From contig JBDRDL010000059.1 in the NCBI GenBank assembly GCA_043820925.1, positions 1-12,220 on the forward strand: DNA of 12,220 bases, read 5' to 3'. This DNA comes from Methanobacteriota archaeon (GTDB lineage Archaea > Hydrothermarchaeota > Hydrothermarchaeia > Hydrothermarchaeales > JACRDW01). A program made the translations under genes and the position numbers. Under the pieces are notes generated by a model that was not told the DNA's origin, searched no databases, and saw only the letters and a program-made list of their open reading frames with translations. Of this stretch, positions 7,670 to 12,220 are shown piece after piece; the stretch's first letter is position 1; every line of letters starts with the position of its first letter.

Positions 7670-7867
7670 ATGACAACCACAGTTGCAATATCCAAAGAGA
7701 TAAGAAATACCTTAATGGCATTGAAATTTCAAGAGGGGTATAGAAATCTTGACTCGCTCATCGCAGACCTTCTTACAGAGCACAAAAAACGCAGGCTAAT
7801 TGTTGCAAGCGATCTATTTAAAGAACGGATGAAAAAGAAGGGTTTAACGCTTGAGAACCTCGGATAA
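7670..7867 (+). CDS. Ribbon-helix-helix type antitoxin (VapB-like)
   Basis: 65 aa; N-terminal beta strand TTTVAIS, then two helices (KEIRNTLMALK; NLDSLIADLL); directly upstream of and overlapping a PIN gene. Confidence 0.8.
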   Translation: MTTTVAISKEIRNTLMALKFQEGYRNLDSLIADLLTEHKKRRLIVASDLFKERMKKKGLTLENLG

Positions 7868-8285
7868 ACCAAAGATCGTAGTAGATACGAATGTAATCTT
7901 CTCTGGCCTTTACGATCTCAAGTCAGATGCCGGGAGACTTTTTGTTTACGCAATCGAAGACCGAATCGAACTCTACAGCTCTAATTATATAAAAAATGAG
8001 CTTGAGCGCAACCTCAAAAGTAAGCTAGAGTATACCGAAGAAGAATTCAAAGAAACAATAAAGGCGCTGCCCATTAACTGGGTCGAGGACGAAGATTATT
8101 CAAAAGAAATAAAGAAGGCAGAAAAATTAATAGAACATGATAGAGATATTCCGGTTTTAGCCCTGGCATTATATTTGAAATGCGGTGTGGTAAGCGGTGA
8201 TAAACATCTCCAATCGATTAGTTCCAAAGATTTTAAATGCTGGAAATTGAAAGAGTTAATCGAATACATTAAAGCTCTGCTTTAG
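7851..8285 (+). CDS. PIN-domain toxin (VapC-like)
   Basis: IVVDTNVIFSGL, NELE, DRDIPVLALA, VVSGDKHL: full acidic set present. TTG start overlapping the antitoxin by 17 nt. Confidence 0.9.
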   Translation: MRTSDKPKIVVDTNVIFSGLYDLKSDAGRLFVYAIEDRIELYSSNYIKNELERNLKSKLEYTEEEFKETIKALPINWVEDEDYSKEIKKAEKLIEHDRDIPVLALALYLKCGVVSGDKHLQSISSKDFKCWKLKELIEYIKALL

Positions 8286-8316
8286 AGATGCCTTGGTAAA
8301 ACTACAGTCACAGCAT

Positions 8317-8348
8317 AAAAGGCACGTGCCCGACGCCACGCACCTTTT
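8317..8348 (-). terminator. Hairpin with U tract between convergent genes, likely terminator
   Basis: Minus-strand RNA AAAAGGUGCGUG-GCGUCGGG-CACGUGCCUUUU forms a 12-bp stem including two G-U pairs, about 18 nt after the stop at 8367. Confidence 0.5.
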
Positions 8349-8366
8349 CTGAGTTTTTCGAGTTCT

Positions 8367-8732
8367 TCAAATCAACCTCAACTTCCTCACACACTCGCTT
8401 CCGAAAGGTCCGAGCTCAGAATCTTGGAGCACAATAAAGTAGCAGTTTGTAATTTTCTTTCCGCAGCGCCTGCAGGTGCTTTCGCATTTTACTTTTTTAA
8501 CCTTTGATTCGAATTCGAAATTTGTTGTAGAGAAATTCAGGATCAGCTTGCTTTTCTCCCTTTTTATCAAGCCACTCTCTTCGGCTGTTCTCAGGATTTC
8601 TTTTACGAGCTCGGGCACGCTCGTTACAAGCTCAATTAGGGCAACTGCTTCTTTTACAGTAGTCTCCTTGCCCTTGAGCATGCTCAACAGCTGCAGCGCC
8701 TGCCGCACCTTCAGTCCCTGTTCTTCCTTCAT
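8367..8732 (-). CDS. DUF5830-like archaeal protein (winged-helix-like N-terminus + Cys-rich putative Zn-binding C-terminus)
   Basis: 121 aa from ATG 8732 (MKEEQGLKVRQALQLL); ILRTAEESGLIKRE, CRRCGKKI, ELGPFGSECVRK, which I recall from the euryarchaeal DUF5830 family. ORF-track extension to 8918 overlaps ileS and is rejected. Confidence 0.75.
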   Translation of the reverse strand: MKEEQGLKVRQALQLLSMLKGKETTVKEAVALIELVTSVPELVKEILRTAEESGLIKREKSKLILNFSTTNFEFESKVKKVKCESTCRRCGKKITNCYFIVLQDSELGPFGSECVRKLRLI

Positions 8733-8734
8733 AT

Positions 8735-8768
8735 GCAAACCTTTAAAAGTAGGGCAATATAATTTTTC
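8735..8768. promoter_or_regulatory. Overlapping divergent promoters for ileS (+) and the DUF5830-like gene (-)
   Basis: Plus: GCAAAC-CTTTAAAA (8735-8748), about 26 nt before ATG 8774. Minus: GAAAAA-TTATATTG (8768-8755), about 23 nt before ATG 8732. Confidence 0.65.
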
Positions 8769-8773
8769 CTGAT

Positions 8774-11700
8774 ATGATAAGGCAGGCTGAAAAGGACCTG
8801 GATTTAAAGGTTCTGGAAGAGCGAATCCAGCGGAGTTGGAAGAAAAACAAAATTTACGAGAAGAGCGAGGCAGCACTTCGTGGAAAGCCAAAGTACTATT
8901 TCTTGGACGGCCCTCCATACGCCAGTGGAGCTATACATCTCGGTACTGCATGGAATAAAATTTTGAAAGATGCAATTGTTCGCTATCTTGTTATGAAGGG
9001 CTACAAAGTTCGCCGCCAAGCAGGCTGGGACTGCCACGGCTTGCCGATTGAGATTAAGGTCGAAGAAAAGCTTGGAATAAAGAATAAAAAAGAAATAGAA
9101 GAGCTGGGCGTTGAGAAGTTCGTCAGCGAATGCAAGAAATGGGCTCGCCAGCACATGAAGATAATGACTTCGCAGTTCCAGCGCCTCGGAGTTTGGATGG
9201 ACTGGCAAGAGCCGTACATGACCATGAAGGACGAGTACATCGAGGCTGCATGGTGGACTATAAAGAAAGCATACGAGAAAAATTTGCTGGCAAAATATTT
9301 GCGGGTCATCACGTGGTGCCCCCGCTGCGAGACCGCACTTGCAGAGGCAGAAATCGAGTACGAAGACAGAAGCGACCCTTCAATTTATGTAAAATTTCCG
9401 CTACTGGAGCAAGATGAATACCTCCTGATTTGGACAACCACGCCTTGGACGCTCATCGGAAACCTCGCAGTAATGGTGCATCCTGATTTTGAGTACGTAA
9501 GAGCGAAGACGCCCGAGGGAATTCTCATCCTCGCAAAAGAATTAGCACATGTTTTGAAGGACAAACTCGGCTTGGAATATGAGGTTCTCGAGACAGTAAA
9601 AGGCTCACAGTTAGAGGGCTTGCGATACAAAAATCCGCTCAGCGATATTATAAACGTAAAGCCGGAAAGCAAGAATGCATATACTGTAATTCTCTCCTCT
9701 GAATTCGTAACTCTGGGCGAGGGCACCGGCTGCGTGCACTGCGCTCCAGGGCACGGACCAGAGGATTTTGAGGTCGGCGCAAGATATGGAATCGAGCCTC
9801 TCTGTCCTGTGGATGAGAGAGGCGCCTTCACGAAAGAGGCAGGAAAATATCATGGTTTGGCTGTAAAGAAGCACGATGAGGTAATCATAAATGACCTGAA
9901 AGAAAAAAAAGTTCTCCCGCTGTCAGAAACCATAACGCACAGATACGGGCACTGCTGGCGGTGTAAAACGCCGATAATTTATCGAGCCACCGAGCAGTGG
10001 TTCATCAAGGTATCTGAAATCAAGGATGAGATGCTGAGACAAATCGAGAGGGTAGAGTGGGTGCCGGAGTGGGCTGGCTCCGCAAGATTTAAAGATTGGG
10101 TGGAAAATGCGAGGGACTGGACGATTTCGAGGCAGCGGTACTGGGGCATTCCACTTCCGATATGGGTGTGCGAAAATTGTGGAAGCATCGATGTTATTGG
10201 CTCGAAAAAAGAATTAGAGAAAATAGCAAAATTAAAAGTCAAAGAACTGCACAAACCCTATGCTGACAAAGTAAAGCTGCCCTGCAAGTGCAGCGGAAAG
10301 AAATCAAGAGTGCCAGACGTTCTCGATGTCTGGTTTGACAGCGGCGTTGCAGCATGGGCTTCCTTGAGTTATCCTTCTAAAACTAAAGAATTTAATTGGT
10401 ATCCTGCTGATTTTATTACTGAAGGGCATGACCAGACCCGTGGGTGGTTCTATTCTCAACTCGGCTGCGGAATCCTCGCTTTTGGCGAAGTACCTTATAG
10501 GCGAGTATTAATGCACGGCTTTACTCTGGACGAGAAGGGCGAGAAAATGAGCAAGTCTCTCGGCAACGTTGTGCAGCCGGAGGAAGTTATTGATAAGTAC
10601 GGAGCAGAGGTCCTGCGCTTCTATGTTCTATGGTCGAACAAGCCATGGGACGATTTGCGCTTCAACTGGGAAGAGGTAAAGGTTATAGCGAGAATGTTCA
10701 ACGTATTCTGGAATGTTTATGTTTTTGCAACGACGTACATGAGCATTGATAAATTCGACCCTAGCAAGGTTAAAAAAATAAGCTACAAGATTGAGGACAG
10801 GTGGATGCTCTCAAGATCGAATTCCCTGCTGAAGGAAGTTACTGAATCCTTTGATAAACTGCATTTAAGTAGCGCTGCAAGAGCGCTGCAGGAGTTTATT
10901 CTCGAAGACTTGAGCAGGTGGTACATCGCTCTTATAAGACCTCGCACGTGGATTGAGAAAGACGCTCCAGAGAAGCTCTCTGCGTATGCAACTCTGCATG
11001 AGGTTTTGATGAAGCTCAGCATAGCTCTCGCTCCGATTGCTCCGCACATAACAGAGGAAATCTACAGGAATCTTGGGGGCAAGAAAGAGAGCGTGCATCT
11101 TGAAAAATGGGTAAGCGGCAATGAAAAAGCAATAGATGCCCGGCTCGAAGAAGACATGAAGGTGGTGAGAAAGCTCGTAGAAGCAACAGCTTCTGCCAGA
11201 GAAAAGCGGGGCATAAAGCGGCGCTGGCCGGTTTTGAAGCTCATTTACCAGCCTGGCAGCGAGGAAGCAAAAAGCTCTACTGAACGTCTTATCGAGCTTA
11301 TAAAATTTCAGGCAAATGCGCTTGAAGTAGAAGTTCTGAATCCGGGCGAGAAATTTAAGCTTGAAATAAAAGTTGAGCCCAACCTGAGCACTCTTGGACC
11401 AGAGTTCAAGGAAAAAGCGAAGAAGATAATTGAAAAGCTGAAAACACTGGATGGAAGAGAGGTAAAGGAAAAAATAAAAGAAGGATATGCTATTGACATC
11501 AACGGAGAAAAAATTACTATAAGCGAGAAGCACCTGAACTTCAAAGAAGCAATACCGGAAAAATATTCTGAGGCAGCCTTTGAATTCGGCAGGGTTTATA
11601 TCGACACCGAAAAAACTGAAGAAGTCCTTGCCCGAGGATATGCGAGAGAAGTGGTTCGAAGAATACAGGAGATGCGCAAGCAGCAGGATTTGAATGTAGA

Positions 11701-11896
11701 GGCATTTATCGAAGCAAATGTGGAAGTTAAGGATGAAGAGATTGTTGAGCTTCTGAACGGACAGAAGCCTTATATCGCAACCGAGACCAGAGCAGAAAAA
11801 CTTAACATCTCAAGCAAGCTAAAGCACACTGGTCATGCGAAGGAGTGGAGCATAGGAGAGAATAACTTCTTAATTTCGATAAGTGAAATCAGATGA
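8774..11896 (+). CDS. ileS: Isoleucyl-tRNA synthetase, archaeal/eukaryal type
   Basis: DGPPYASGAIHLGT (HIGH variant), GWDCHGLPIE, WTTTPWTL, GTGCVHCAPGHG, DWTISRQRYWG, EGHDQTRGWF, KMSKSLGN; 1040 aa, uninterrupted. Confidence 0.99.
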   Translation: MIRQAEKDLDLKVLEERIQRSWKKNKIYEKSEAALRGKPKYYFLDGPPYASGAIHLGTAWNKILKDAIVRYLVMKGYKVRRQAGWDCHGLPIEIKVEEKLGIKNKKEIEELGVEKFVSECKKWARQHMKIMTSQFQRLGVWMDWQEPYMTMKDEYIEAAWWTIKKAYEKNLLAKYLRVITWCPRCETALAEAEIEYEDRSDPSIYVKFPLLEQDEYLLIWTTTPWTLIGNLAVMVHPDFEYVRAKTPEGILILAKELAHVLKDKLGLEYEVLETVKGSQLEGLRYKNPLSDIINVKPESKNAYTVILSSEFVTLGEGTGCVHCAPGHGPEDFEVGARYGIEPLCPVDERGAFTKEAGKYHGLAVKKHDEVIINDLKEKKVLPLSETITHRYGHCWRCKTPIIYRATEQWFIKVSEIKDEMLRQIERVEWVPEWAGSARFKDWVENARDWTISRQRYWGIPLPIWVCENCGSIDVIGSKKELEKIAKLKVKELHKPYADKVKLPCKCSGKKSRVPDVLDVWFDSGVAAWASLSYPSKTKEFNWYPADFITEGHDQTRGWFYSQLGCGILAFGEVPYRRVLMHGFTLDEKGEKMSKSLGNVVQPEEVIDKYGAEVLRFYVLWSNKPWDDLRFNWEEVKVIARMFNVFWNVYVFATTYMSIDKFDPSKVKKISYKIEDRWMLSRSNSLLKEVTESFDKLHLSSAARALQEFILEDLSRWYIALIRPRTWIEKDAPEKLSAYATLHEVLMKLSIALAPIAPHITEEIYRNLGGKKESVHLEKWVSGNEKAIDARLEEDMKVVRKLVEATASAREKRGIKRRWPVLKLIYQPGSEEAKSSTERLIELIKFQANALEVEVLNPGEKFKLEIKVEPNLSTLGPEFKEKAKKIIEKLKTLDGREVKEKIKEGYAIDINGEKITISEKHLNFKEAIPEKYSEAAFEFGRVYIDTEKTEEVLARGYAREVVRRIQEMRKQQDLNVEAFIEANVEVKDEEIVELLNGQKPYIATETRAEKLNISSKLKHTGHAKEWSIGENNFLISISEIR

Positions 11897-12220
11897 ACTA
11901 CGAAGAGTGGAGGAAATTTTATCAGAAAATCCTGAGAGATTTTGGCTTTTCTGAAGAGAGCGACGTTAAAGCCGCAGAGATTTTGAATGAACTTTTAGAG
12001 CCGGCCAGTATTGATATTTTAAAGAAAAAAATTCAGGGCAGAAGAGTGAACGTTTATGGAGCAGGACCTTCTCTAAAGGAAATCAAAAAATTTCCGAGAG
12101 GCGTTAACATAGCTGCAGACGGCGCAACTTCTTTTTTGCTTGGGAGAGGAGTAGTTCCAGATATAATTGTTACTGACTTGGACGGCAAGGTTGAGGACCT
12201 GCTTAAGGCGAATAAAAAAG
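11893..12220 (+). CDS. mptE: 6-hydroxymethyl-7,8-dihydropterin pyrophosphokinase MptE (DUF115 family), truncated by window edge
   Basis: Not in the ORF track. Manual translation: MNYEEWRKFYQKILRDFGFSEESDVKAAEILNELL...VYGAGPSL...IAADGATSFLL...PDIIVTDLDG; ATGA overlap with ileS stop. Confidence 0.9.
   Translation, partial: MNYEEWRKFYQKILRDFGFSEESDVKAAEILNELLEPASIDILKKKIQGRRVNVYGAGPSLKEIKKFPRGVNIAADGATSFLLGRGVVPDIIVTDLDGKVEDLLKANKK

Noticed and set aside
8733..8918. N-terminal extension of the 183-aa minus ORF
   Set aside because: Overlaps the ileS start and both promoters; family-like sequence begins at Met 8732.
8930..8950. HLGT instead of HIGH in IleRS
   Set aside because: A variant I recall from other euryarchaeal IleRS; not evidence of novelty.
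8804..11544. Minus-strand ORFs inside ileS, including the 222-aa 10865..11533
   Set aside because: Phe/Leu/Ser-rich mirror of Lys/Glu-rich sense codons; typical antisense shadows.
1..12220. CRISPR arrays, tRNA/rRNA, IS elements, Sec/Pyl recoding, frameshifts
   Set aside because: No periodic repeats, cloverleafs or transposase seen; recognised genes are uninterrupted and no in-frame TGA/TAG splits a recognisable domain.

Overview
Archaeal (euryarchaeal-type) chromosomal segment, densely packed and mostly housekeeping. Left to right: NADP-type isocitrate dehydrogenase (runs off the left edge) and pdxT on the minus strand; minD-family ATPase coupled to a PIN-domain gene on plus; an 85-aa orphan, a divergent MptA/FolE2 GTP cyclohydrolase and rfcS on minus; nfeD-stomatin on plus; a ~1.1 kb AT-richer accessory patch (89-aa orphan, possible gene-junction relic, RHH-PIN VapBC pair with a palindromic operator); a DUF5830-like wHTH/Zn protein on minus; ileS and mptE (runs off the right edge) on plus. 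I saw no tRNA, rRNA, CRISPR array, transposase or intein. The most interesting items are (i) a possible split, tail-to-tail toxin-antitoxin pair whose halves are the last genes of two convergent housekeeping operons, with the PIN protein lacking its fourth acidic residue, and (ii) an MptA that keeps its metal-site motifs but has lost the N-terminal segment and the G-x-H-M-S-R-type motif. All family calls come from motif recognition by eye; no searches were run.
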